Shown: positions 40,413 through 51,464 of the stretch, one piece after another
How positions within the stretch are numbered: the stretch's first letter is position 1
How the letters are laid out: every line of letters begins with the position of its first letter
DNA from: Atractiella rhizophila
Lineage: Eukaryota
DNA length: 51,464 bases
Direction of reading: 5' to 3'
Assembly (NCBI GenBank): GCA_021432655.1
Contig: MU271511.1
Location: forward strand, 1 to 51,464
The notes under the pieces: model-generated
Seen by the model: the letters and a program-made list of their open reading frames with translations, nothing else
What the model was told of the DNA's origin: nothing
Databases searched by the model: none
Position numbers and translations under genes: made by a program

Positions 40413-43042
40413 ATGTCACACGTGGTACCCAGGGGACACAAGAGTGACAAGGGGCTAAAGAAGCAGGAGAATAGGCAGGCGAAGTTGAGTTTTGGGAAGG
40501 AGGGGTTGAAGGTCTTGTCGTCCCAATCACCAGACACGTCTCAGTCTGCACAGCGCACTCAGGTAGGTTCTCCCTTCCATGTATTTCAACTAGCAGACGG
40601 AGTGATGGCTGTGGACCTGTGAAGAAGAATGGGTCGAAGCCGCCACCGCCAACTCAAGTACCCTCGTCTCCTTCTCAACCTTCAAAGCGGCGCAAACGCA
40701 GCCGTTCCACCAATTCAGACGCCGAAGACGAAGAAGATCTCATCGAGAAGGCAACGGATGGCAAGAGGAAGAAGGCACGATTTGAGTCAGAAATTGAGTC
40801 TAGACCGAGGATTTCGAAGCACCTCACCTCTAGGCGACTGAAGTCAGAGGATGATCCACTAATTGTGAGGGAAGAGAAGCGGAGCATGGTGGATTTCGAC
40901 AAATCATTTCCCTCTCCATTTGCGAAGTCAAAGACGAGTCCTTTCTCCGCACGTCCTCCACCATCCGTTACATCTCAGCAGACAGTCCACCAAGAAGCTA
41001 AAGTCACAGTAGAAAAACCCAAGGTGGAGGGGAAGGGGGAGAACGGTGGTGCACGCGACATCCTTTATAGTTCTACATCGTCGCCAGCTCACATCTCTAA
41101 CCGCGATGCCATCCCTAGCCCTTATGCCGAGGATACCTCCAACAACAGTACACCTGACCGCCCTTACTCAACCTCGAAATCCAGCAGACCACATTCAAGT
41201 ATACCCCGTCATGTTCTCAACCGGATCATTCGTCCAAAATCCTCTCCGACTCCCCCTCCTTCAACGACACGTCGGTATCCTCCCGTCTCTGCCTTTCCAA
41301 AGCCGGATTCCCTCGATAGATTGCTCGGAGGTGACGAGGAATTTATGCGTCATGGAATGGGGAGCAATAGTACACCTCGTGCGTTTTATCCTGGCCTTAA
41401 GCTTGTATACTGACTGCTTTGCCCAGGCTCGTCCGAAGAATCAATATCAGAGATTAAGAGGAGGATCAAGGAGTCCGTCAGGGCAAAGAAGGAAGCGAAG
41501 CGCCGAGCAGCTGAAGTACAAGGTGTTGAAGACGTTTCAATACCTTCATCCGCCTTCAGAAAAGAAGATTTGCCCCTCCCTTCGTCCATCTCGAGTATTC
41601 CCATGTCAACCAGCACCGCGACGAATGTGAAGAGAAGGAGAGCTCAGACTCCCGCTCCTTCGTCCTCCCCATCACAACCCCCGCTCTCGCCAGATACCCA
41701 GCTCTTGAACCTCGAGCCGCCACCCTTGCGCTTGCGTGGGAAACACGGAGCAGGGCAGCTTGAAGATGTGGCGGAAGAGGACGTGGTCGAGACGCAATTT
41801 TTGAAGGATCTAGGCGTCTTTAGCCAAGTGGAGGCGGACGCCGATATGGAAGGTGTCGAGAGGAGGAGGAGAGAGCCCAAAAATTCAGAAATGCTACCGA
41901 GGGATTTGATGGTAGGAGAAGAGACCCAACGACATTGGATTGAAGAAGCGGAGCAGTGTAACATGAACCGGAAGCAGACGAGAGACGAAGAAATCGAGAC
42001 GCAGCATCTGAGAGATCTCGACGTCCTTTCCCAAGTCTCCGGGGCTGAATACGACGACTCCGGATACTTTGAGAACATCCCATCATGCCCCCCTTCCCCC
42101 GCTTCGAACAAGATCGACGAATTTGATGATCCGGATGATGTCCCTGCGGATGGCAGAGATGCCCCCATTGAAACCCAATTCTTGGCGAATCTCGATGTTT
42201 TGTCACAAGTAGACGGACCAGAGCAGCAGCAAGAAGAATCTCAGCTGCCTTGGTCTCCACCACGACCCTCAGGGATCAGGAGGACGTCAAACTGGTTCGG
42301 AGATGCTGCGACGGGAATGGAACAACTTGAGAAGTTAGTGACACCTCCGAAGAAGAGGAAGAAGGATATGAGACTGTCATCAGGAAAAGATATGGAGGAA
42401 GCAGTAAAGCATTGGAAAGCTATCGATATCGTGGCTGACGCCGTAGTGGAGAAGAGGAGTCAGGGCTCGAGACAGGGAAAGTTGGATGGGTTCGTAAAGG
42501 TTGCCAGAAGAGGAAGGAAGGAGGAAGCTGAGCTGTTGAGACAGCTCAGAGGGCATGGCAGAAGTCAGAGTCACAAGGGAGCGTCGGGGCAGGGGAAAGT
42601 GGATCTGGAAGATGTTGAAAGTACGGACGATGAAGATTTCTCGTGGAGAGATGTAAGAGAGAAGGAGCGAGTCAGGAGCCTAAACGAGAAGGAGAAGACG
42701 AGGCTGAAGCAAGTGAGTCTCCCGTGGGCGAAACCTCAGCCTCCGCCCATTTCACTGTCACGAGAACGTCCTTCATCTCATCCCCCGCATGCTCTTCAGA
42801 CTCGAGGAGTCTCTAACACCCAGCGTTCTCCCTCTCCTCCTACTCAAGCGCAGTCTTCCCCCTCTCCCCGCCGTCCGCCTTCCAACGAACTTGCCAAAGT
42901 GTCGAATGCGCATCTGACCGTGCTGATCTACTATTGGACTGGGACTCGGAAGAATCCTTACACACCCCGTCTGATCTTTCACAACTACCTCAGTCGGTTC
43001 AGGATGATTGGACGATCCATCGAATTGAGGACGAAAAGTTGA
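40413..43042 (+). CDS. Uncharacterised disordered, probably nuclear protein with ETQ..SQV repeats and a PIP-like motif (copy 2, intact)
   Basis: Exons from ORFs 40413, 40619 and 41570; NLS-like KRRKRSR and PPKKRKK; three repeats of ETQ(F/H)LxxLxVxSQV; QGKLDGFV. The last exon is uncertain and may end near 43083 (..ASSGDDD*). Confidence 0.7.
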
Positions 43043-43308
43043 AAAAGTGGCAGGAGTATGCGAGCAGTGGGGACGACGACTGATTCTTCTGTCGGATTTG
43101 GATTACGGATTTGCTTTTACAAGTTACAACATGAGATCCACCATGGCACAATAGTGTACTCCAGACATGGAGCTTTGTTAGGAGTACGACATCCATTTGC
43201 AGAGTCAGTCGATAACGACAAATAATGTGAATAACATCATTCATAAACATTTTTCTACCCTTTGTTCCATCATTTTGCATTTGAGAACATGCGGTCAGAG
43301 TAGAGGAA

Positions 43309-45259
43309 TCAGCTCTCGAACCCCGCGACTTCCAGCACCGTTGCGAACTACCCCTTTCCTCTGAGCATCGCCTTTCCTCTGCATCAATTGGGAGAACTTA
43401 CAACGACCCTGCTGATCGCTCGGATTTGTTCAATGTCGTATCCCTCTCTGTCAACGACGTCGCCGGAGTTGTGATACCTTCGTCCACGTCATGTCATGAG
43501 ATGGGCAACTTCTTAAGGACAAGGAAGGGTGGGGGCGTACATGGGATCAGCGATGGGGCCTCGCCTCTCAAACACCTGTGTGGACGCGAATCCCTGATTG
43601 AAAAAGCTCTACCTCCGCTGATCAGTCCACCTGCTCATATCGAACACCTCCGTGGAAAATGGATGGAAGGAGGAAGAATGGACGCACCTGATGGTCGGAG
43701 CAACAGGCGCCGGTGACGCCGATGGCGAGCTCGGGGACGTAGATGCTGGATATGTTGCCGATCAGGTCCCTGGCGACGGGGAGGTCGAAGCGGTCTGGGA
43801 AGGCGAGTTGGAGGGGTTCGCCGGGCTTGCGGTAGCCGAGCATGTCTCCTGTTACACCACATCCCCATCCACCCAAAGAATATCAGAGCACGGAGGGAGA
43901 AGTGGTGAGAGATTGATAGATTGAAGGATCGAACCTTGGATCATCAACGCGACGTCCCCTCCTTCCCTCCTCAATCCGCTCGCAAAGAAAGCACTTCCCA
44001 CGAGCCCTTGCTCCTCTCCGGCGAAGGCGGCGAGTATGACTGTCTTCTTGAACTTGATGCGCTGTTCATGAATAGCCTGTGAGATTGCCAACCTGTCAAG
44101 TCATGAGCACTGCTTGATCACGATTATTCGGAGCCATAGACTGACAACATGGACGTTCCTGTAAGGGAGAGGAGAAGAGGTCAGGGCCTGTGAAGATGGA
44201 GGATGGCGGGAAAGCAAGACGCACCGGACCCATCATCGTCTCCTCCAGGAGCTCTCAAGTCTCCAAAGGTCCCGCGAGAATCATAATGCGCACCCACGAC
44301 GACCAGGCCGGCATCCTCGAGCTCTCCATCCTCGGTGGGGGTCGCACCCACGCCTTCGTAGTAGCAAATCACGTTCGGGTTATATCCGTTCCTGAATTTC
44401 TGGAGGCGACAGAGCGCGCCGTTCTTTTCGAACTGCACATCACAATATCTCGTTAGGAAAACAAAGAGAAAATGAAAAGGGAAGAAGAGGGGGCACAAAC
44501 TTGAGATTGGATCCATTTGCTGGCTTTCTCGCCTCCGGTCGAGAACGAGTGTCGAGAGTTCCACTCCTGATGCGTGGCCCCGGTGAGGTGGTCGAGCGAG
44601 GTCTTGAACTGTTGGGTGGAGGGAAAGGCGAGCAGGGCCTTTGAGATCTTGGGGTCGAAGGCGAGGGAGTCGAGGTAGGCCTGCACCCGTTTGGCGTCGT
44701 GGTCGGATACCGGCACGAACGAGGACGCTTGACTGGAAGGCGAGGGGAGGAGGACGGGTGCGGTGTAGAGGGTGTCGATGGTTTGGTAGAGAGCTCCGAG
44801 CGCGGAAGAGGGGAGTTGGAGGATGACTGTGTCTTGAGACGAGTGCAGAATCCTCGCATTTTCCTGTTCCAATCCGAGTAAGTTACATGCGTTAATAAAG
44901 AGTGAATAGAAGCGGACAGAAGGGAGAGTTGACGCTTCGATTTCCCCCATCACACGCTTGTTCCATCCGTCACCCAGGTCGAACACGTCGCCGTCCAGGG
45001 GCCTGGGGGAGAGATGGACGACGTCATAAGCACCCTGTCCGCCCAGCTCGACTGGCACGAATTGGGCTTGGTTGCTGAGCTCTGAACCGAAGGCGAGGTC
45101 GATGCGAAGGCACTCGGGGGACGAGTGGAAGACGTGGGAGATCGTCTGTGAGCCGTATGCGCCGAGGTAGGCTACGCAGGGCAGCGGCGGGGCCGAGGGA
45201 AGGGACGGGGAGAGGAGCAGGAGCGAGCTGTAGCGCGAGAACGTCAGAGGCAGCTGCAT
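43309..45259 (-). CDS. M28-family zinc aminopeptidase, probably secreted
   Basis: Hydrophobic N-terminus; VVVGAHYDSRG, APGGDDDGSG, ILAAFAGEEQGLVGS, DMLGY, CCSDHQ and YHNSGD carry the M28 Zn-ligand motifs. Last exon FATVLEVAGFES*. Confidence 0.9.
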
Positions 45260-45730
45260 TTCGATGTTCAATAGTCGACTTTGAAATAGGACATGACAAT
45301 GCTCCGACAATTGGAAATAGCGGATGCCGTAGATGCATGACTACGGGGAGAGGAGTTACAGCTTGCTAGAGCAGAGCACTACTGACAATGCCCTTTATTG
45401 TCATTTTGATTCAGCATTTGATTGGATTGTAGCATAAAGCTCGCTTATTCTGGCTTGTGTGACACAGCACTTCTTGCTCGTCTCTCCCGTTTCTCTCCCA
45501 TCATTACTCAGATCATTACTGAACTATCTTTCGGAACGCGTGAAGAGCAGCAGGGAATGATATCATGATACCCTGGTACGGTAGGACCTGGTAGGAGTTG
45601 GTAGAAGGGATGGGAAAACTGAGCAGTGAGCCGAGCGGGATCGCAGCGGGATCAATTCTATTAAATGGAGGTAAGACATGAGCGAGACCAAAAAATGTCG
45701 CACTCAGGCGCTTCCGAGCCAGGCAAAAGA

Positions 45731-45737
45731 TATAAAA
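45731..45737 (+). promoter_or_regulatory. Candidate TATA box for the 45868 gene
   Basis: TATAAAA about 130 nt upstream of the ATG at 45868, followed by pyrimidine-rich sequence. Confidence 0.4.
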
Positions 45738-45867
45738 GACGCCCTGCGACGTCCACTGCTTCTTCCACATTGGCTTTCCAGTTCAATTTTTCGCCTTTCG
45801 AGCTTCCCACCAGGGTGTCGCATTATAGCACGTCTTTCGTCTCATCTCATCATCCTACACCGATAAA

Positions 45868-46676
45868 ATGTCCTCCTGGGTCTCTTTTCTTCGTCTCCCG
45901 AATCTATTCAAGAAGAGCTCGACGTCCAGCGACACCGTGGCCGCTCCCACTACCAAGAAAATCAAGGTCACAGCGAAGGACGGCTGGATCCTTGGCAAAG
46001 CCGCGCCAGCTGCACCCATCGTCGAAGACAGCGTCTACAGCAAGATATGGTGGAAGACGAGCACCAGTACGTCCTCCCTCTACAGACGCTTGCGATTTTT
46101 CTAATTGGTCTGTTCGACGTCGACAGCATGGGAGGACCTGGAGCGGGAATGGATTTATATGATGGATCAGTGGGGGCCCCGTGAGCGTGTGTCTGACGAC
46201 CCATTGGAACCGCGATGGAAGGTGAGATTGCTTCGTCTTGTCTCTGAAACTCCGACGGTGTTGTTGATGTACCTTGTTCGCGCGTACAGAAGAGGCAAGC
46301 GGCATTCAGAAATCAAAAGCTCGAGCCCATCGACTTCACGCCTCTGCCAAAATATTCTCTGCCCGTCATCGTCCATGCTGTCACTCAGCTCTTCGCGCCA
46401 ACTCCAAAATACGACGACCTGCCTCCACTCGTGCCCCTCCATTTCGAGGACGAAGAGTTTGAGGACGACTACTACGATGACGACAACGAGTATGAAGACA
46501 GCATCGGAGTCACCGAGGGGGACGAGAAATCAATCGTGGACCCCTTCCACATCGACCAAAGGATGGCAGTCGTCGAGGCCGTAAGGTTTACGCTGTGGCA
46601 AATGATGAAGCGGTCCTCGAAACAACAACCCGCAGAGCAATTAGTGGCAGTCGAGCATAGGTCGCATGTTGTTTGA
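45868..46676 (+). CDS. Hypothetical protein with acidic C-terminal tract, 3 exons
   Basis: ORF pieces joined by GTACGT..CAG and GTGAGA..CAG introns: MSSWVSFLRLP..WWKTST / AWEDLEREWIYMMDQW..PRWK / KRQAAFRNQ..FEDEEFEDDYYDDD..HVV*. No recognisable domain. Confidence 0.6.
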
Positions 46677-46789
46677 GAGCAAGAGCAGTTTTTCGATTCT
46701 TCTTCAGTCTCCTTCTCCTTTCTATTGTTTTCTTCGCTTTTCGTTTCTTCATTCGCGTCTGGTCCGCATATTTTTATTGACGTTTAGTT

Positions 46790-47016
46790 GCAAGTTTCTT
46801 GATTAAAGCTTCGTTCGCAAGTTTCTTGATTGAAGTTTCGTTCGCAAGTTCTTGATTCAATTCGTTTGCAAGTTTCTTGAATTCAGTTTGGTTAGCAAGT
46901 TTCTTGATCTTGATTCAAATCGGTTCGCAAGTTTCTTGATTGGAGTTTCGTTCGCAAGTTTCTTGACCTTGATTCAATTGGTTCGCAAGTTTCTTCATTG
47001 AAGTCTGGTTCGCAAG
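46790..47016. repeat. Tandem array of 8 units (24-32 bp) plus a partial unit, core GCAAGTTTCTTGA
   Basis: The core recurs directly, e.g. GCAAGTTTCTTGATTAAAGCTTCGTTC, GCAAGTTTCTTGATTGAAGTTTCGTTC and GCAAGTTTCTTGATTGGAGTTTCGTTC. Confidence 0.92.
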
Positions 47017-47470
47017 CAAAGAGCAGACTGTATGTCATCGTTTACTGTCTGAATCCATCGGTTTCGTCTCGCATGAAGATGTATGGTCGTGAATAGATAT
47101 TTCTGAGTAATTGTATCTCCCACTTTGGTTTTGATTCTTATTCAAGATATTGCGAGTGCCTGCGAGATCCTGAGCTGAGAGTAGTCTGTTTGTTATAAGC
47201 TGCCTGACGGAATACTTTGGAGAAATAGAAAAGGCTCCCACATCCATCAAGTGGTACCAACACCTCATGCCAGTTTAGCAGCGCTACTCACAATACGGCC
47301 AACGGACGGTTTCATCATCTCATACTGATGCTGAAGAATCCTTGTCGGTAGTACTGAGGAAAGTTCGGGGAGGGATAGCGTTTGGATGGACAGATGATGG
47401 ATCATAATTGCATAAATCGACATGCCAACATAGAACTGTGCGTGACCCAGAACACCACTCGAAGGGTCGC

Positions 47471-48166
<696 letters not shown>

Positions 48167-48203
48167 GATACGTGTTCAGCAGCAGAACATCAGCCACAGC
48201 ATC

Positions 48204-50199
48204 ATGGTAAGTACTTAGCTCTGACAGGTGCAGTTTTAAGGGCTGTAATGGAACAGGTGGTCTTAGCAGCGTCTATAATCTCAAAAGGCGGCAAACGTGC
48301 GTGCTCCACATTGTAACCTGAGAAGTGGTAAGAATAGGGAAACAGCCCTGTTGTCACGCCAATTTCGCCCCCTGCCTCTATCCCGACTCTCAGCCCTCCT
48401 AACCTCCTTCCCTACCCTTCTTCCGACTTCCTCCACAGCGTCCCAGCACACTACCCTAACGTCACCCCTCCATCCACACATCCGCTATGTCTATCTCCCA
48501 CTCGAAGACCTCTATCTCATACTCATAGTCAACACTCAATCCAACATCCTCCTCGACATAGAAACTCTTCAGCTTTTCTCACGGGTCGTCGGAGAGGTAT
48601 GTGGTGGAAGGGTGAGCGAGGCAGAAGTCGGAAGATGTGCCTTCGAGCTGTTGAGCGCGATGGATGAGATCGTCAGTATGGGGTATAGGGAGAAGCTGGA
48701 CTTGATGGCTGTGAAGAATATCCTGGAGATGGAGAGTCACGAAGAGAAGATACAAGAGATCATTACCAGGGTGCGCTTTCTCTTACTTTTCTCCTTGGAT
48801 CAGATGAGACCGACACGTTTTGTGGCATCAATTCCTCGTTGGATGTGGATAGAACCGCGAAGCTGAAGCTAAAGAGGAACTGAGACGGCGAGCGAAGCAA
48901 CTCGAGCTTCAACGCCGCGAAGCCCAACGTCGTGGTCAACCCAATCCATACACCAACGTGCCAATGAGCATGCCTTCTCTCCCCACGCCATCCTTCACCA
49001 ACCGCGCACACCGTCCCCCGCGCCGTACGAGCAGACTCAGGCGGCCAACAAGCCGTTCAAAGGGAAAGGAATGCAGCTTGGGCGGCGGAGCGAAAAAGGC
49101 CAATTTGAAGGCGGATGCGGTATTGGCCGAGGCGATGGACGGATTGGGTGTCGATGAATCCGTCCTTAGATCTTACACTCCGGAGCCTGTGAGGAGCGCA
49201 AGTCCGGCCGTTCCTGCACAGGCAGCGGTTGCGGCACCCGAGAATCCGTTCCCTGATGTTGAGCAACAAGAGTGCGTGTTCCCACCTTTGCGGCCTGGAT
49301 GAGCTTGGAGATTGACAGAATGCGGATGGGAACAGTGTTCATCTGAATCTGAAAGAAAAACTATCCCTCTCGCTCTCTCGCGACGGAGGCGTCACCTCCT
49401 TCGAGCTCCTCGGCGAGCTCAATCTCCACGTCAACGACGCTACAGCCAACAAGTGCTACGCGAAGGTCCGGCACAATGACCAGTTCCAGTCTTCGGAATT
49501 GCAGTTCAAGGTTCACCCGAATGTGGATCGCAATGCTTGGAGCAAGGAGAATCGGATAGCGCTCAAGGACGCAAAGAGGACTTTCCCTGTTGGGCAGGAT
49601 GTTGGTGTCCTCAAATGGAGGTTGGCTGGAAAAGACGAGACTTGGGTTCCTCTGTCTAGTAAGTCTTGTCCTTTCCTTCTGTTGTGATGGAAAGAGGGAA
49701 TTGATGATTTTGATAGTCAACTGTTGGCCGACGGTCTCCAACTCCGGAACAACGGAAGTATCCATCGAATACGAGTTGGAGAACACATCTTTATCCCTGC
49801 ACAATGTGACAATCTCCATACCCCTGCCGCCAGGATCGTACCCAACCGTATCGGAGTCCAGCAGCGAGACTTGCAATGGAACATGGAGCGTGAATGCGGA
49901 TGCTCATTCCCTCGACTGGATCGTCCCCATCATTTCTACAGAGGGCGAGGGAACAAACAGCGGTTCGCTCGAGTTCACCTGTCCGGGAGACGATGTTGCA
50001 TATTTCTTCCCTGTTGCCGTAGACTTTGTGAGCCAGCAAGGGATCTGTGGGGTAGAGGTAGGTCATTGTCTTCTCATGGCGTCGAAAGACTGAAGTGAGC
50101 TGTGTGCAGATTGTGGAAGTCAAATCTGGGGAGACACAGGAGGACATTCCTTTCTCTCTTCAAGGATTGTTGACGACCGACGAATATGTCGTCGTCTGA
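48204..50199 (+). CDS. RET2: Coatomer subunit delta (COPI)
   Basis: [113 protein letters not shown]. Ends EYVVV*. Confidence 0.96.
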
Positions 50200-50672
50200 T
50201 TCTTTCTTTTCTGTGCGTTCAATGATGGGCTTGGTGGGTTGTGAGTAAGGGACAGTTGATTGGGAGAGAGACTGAACTGAATTTGTTTGGTCCACCATCT
50301 TTCTTCTCTTTCATGGGCGAGTAACGAAGCAACAAGCAAAGCAAGGTCGTTCGCACTGTCTTTGATAGATAGATTAAATTAATCGTACATACGATATTTC
50401 ACGACGTTATTTCTTGCTACAGTCTGCCTGAAATATGAAGAGAACGACGCGTTGAATTGAATCTACGAAACGATTGATGCCACTTTAAATGCTAGGCTGC
50501 TAAATCTACTAATCTACTCCTGCTGCAGTATCTGCTGAAGTGAGGGGAAATACGCGGATCAGACCTGAAGCAGGTGATACAAGTGTGAGAAAACAAAATG
50601 TCCATCTATGGAATCTGAAAAACGAAAATGCGGCAAAGTCCTTTCTGAAACCAGAGCACGAAGTAATCGGAC

Positions 50673-51464
50673 TCAGTCATCCGTTAGGATGGTGACACCC
50701 TCTCTCACGTCTCCCACCATGCCGGAAAGAGAATTATTCCTCAGGTCGACTGTGGAGAGGAGTTTGAAGTCACGGAAGGTAGGAATGGGGCCTGTGAGTT
50801 TGTTGGAGGAGAGGTCGAGGAATTGGAGGGACGACGCGAGTGATGTGGACGTGGAGATGGCTGAAAGGAGGAATGGAGAGTCGAGGGAGAGCTTATTCAG
50901 TGTCCTACAGCGAAGATCATTTTAGCATGTCTGCTCAGAATAAGCGGAAGGATGAACGAACAACTTGTTAACTCGGAGTGGCTTGTCTGAGGCACAAGTC
51001 ACACCGCTCCATGAGCAGAAATCGCTGTTTTCCATCCATCCTTGCGCCTTTAAAGCGGTAGCAGTAGATGTGGAGGAATCGACGATTGTCTTGAGCGAGC
51101 AGAAGGACTCGATCTCTGTAACGTTATTCTCCAGTCCTTTCAGACTATCCGTTACCGTTGAATCGGACGAAGACAGGAATGGGAGGCATTGGGAGCATGG
51201 ATAGTTGGCGGGAGGGAGAAGAGGGAAGAGGGACAGGCAAGCAAGGGCATAAGTTGAAGTGGTCTTCACGGACTCCTCGGAGGATGAAGCAGAGGAGAGG
51301 GACGCGAAGCGTACGTCGAGGAAAATGTTGTTGACCAAGAGATAAAGCGTGATCAAGGTCGCCAGGGTGCCCAAGAACCAATTCGTCCTCCGCCTCCTCC
51401 TCTCCGCGTCTGTTCTCCTCTTGCCTCCCAATTCCTCCGACCGGTAAGCTACCTCGTAAACTCC
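50673..51464 (-). CDS. Membrane-anchored protein with plant-type LRR N-cap and LRRs (5' partial)
   Basis: Frame stays open to the window edge. RRRRR plus a TM helix, YPCSQCLP, WMENSDFCSWSGVTC..RVNKL (LRRNT_2-like), then after an intron LQFLDLSSNKLTGPIP..LSTVDLRNNSLSG. Confidence 0.75.

Larger units (their letters stand above)
36240..44651. repeat. Copy 2 of ~8.4 kb direct duplication
   Basis: Starts at the first base after the gap with GAACTGAGATCGCGAAGG. Matches copy 1 through GAGATCTTG at 44643-44651, then continues into unique sequence. Confidence 0.97.

Noticed and set aside
46790..47016. CRISPR-like appearance (conserved repeat with variable spacers)
   Set aside because: Eukaryotic context with no cas genes. 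The repeat is only about 13 bp and the linkers are short and related to each other, so they are not independent spacers.

Overview
Gene-dense, intron-rich eukaryotic DNA, most consistent with a basidiomycete fungus (inference from short 45-90 nt GT..AG introns with CTRAC-like branch points and the protein families seen). Splicing the ORF fragments by eye gives these genes in order: PBS2-type MAPKK, RanBP1/YRB1, a Tim17-like membrane protein, EFR3, IRE1, NAA40/NAT4, dynein light intermediate chain, an L-type lectin, a divergent casein kinase 1, a GST and an MFS transporter. Next, an ~8.4 kb block occurs twice, once on each side of a 25-N gap (27719-36214 and 36240-44651). It holds an F-box-like gene, a thioredoxin/DsbA-like gene, a disordered ETQ/SQ-repeat protein with a PIP-like motif and an M28 peptidase. 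The window ends with an orphan gene followed by a ~27 bp repeat array, a ubiquitin-RPL40 fusion, coatomer delta and a 5'-partial membrane protein with plant-type LRRs. The duplication most likely represents two uncollapsed haplotypes. The best leads for new biology are the PIP-like/ETQ-repeat protein, the HomolD/HomolE-like elements in the RPL40-RET2 promoter, the repeat array with a palindromic core and the plant-type LRR protein. All calls come from reading the sequence without database searches, so exon boundaries are approximate.
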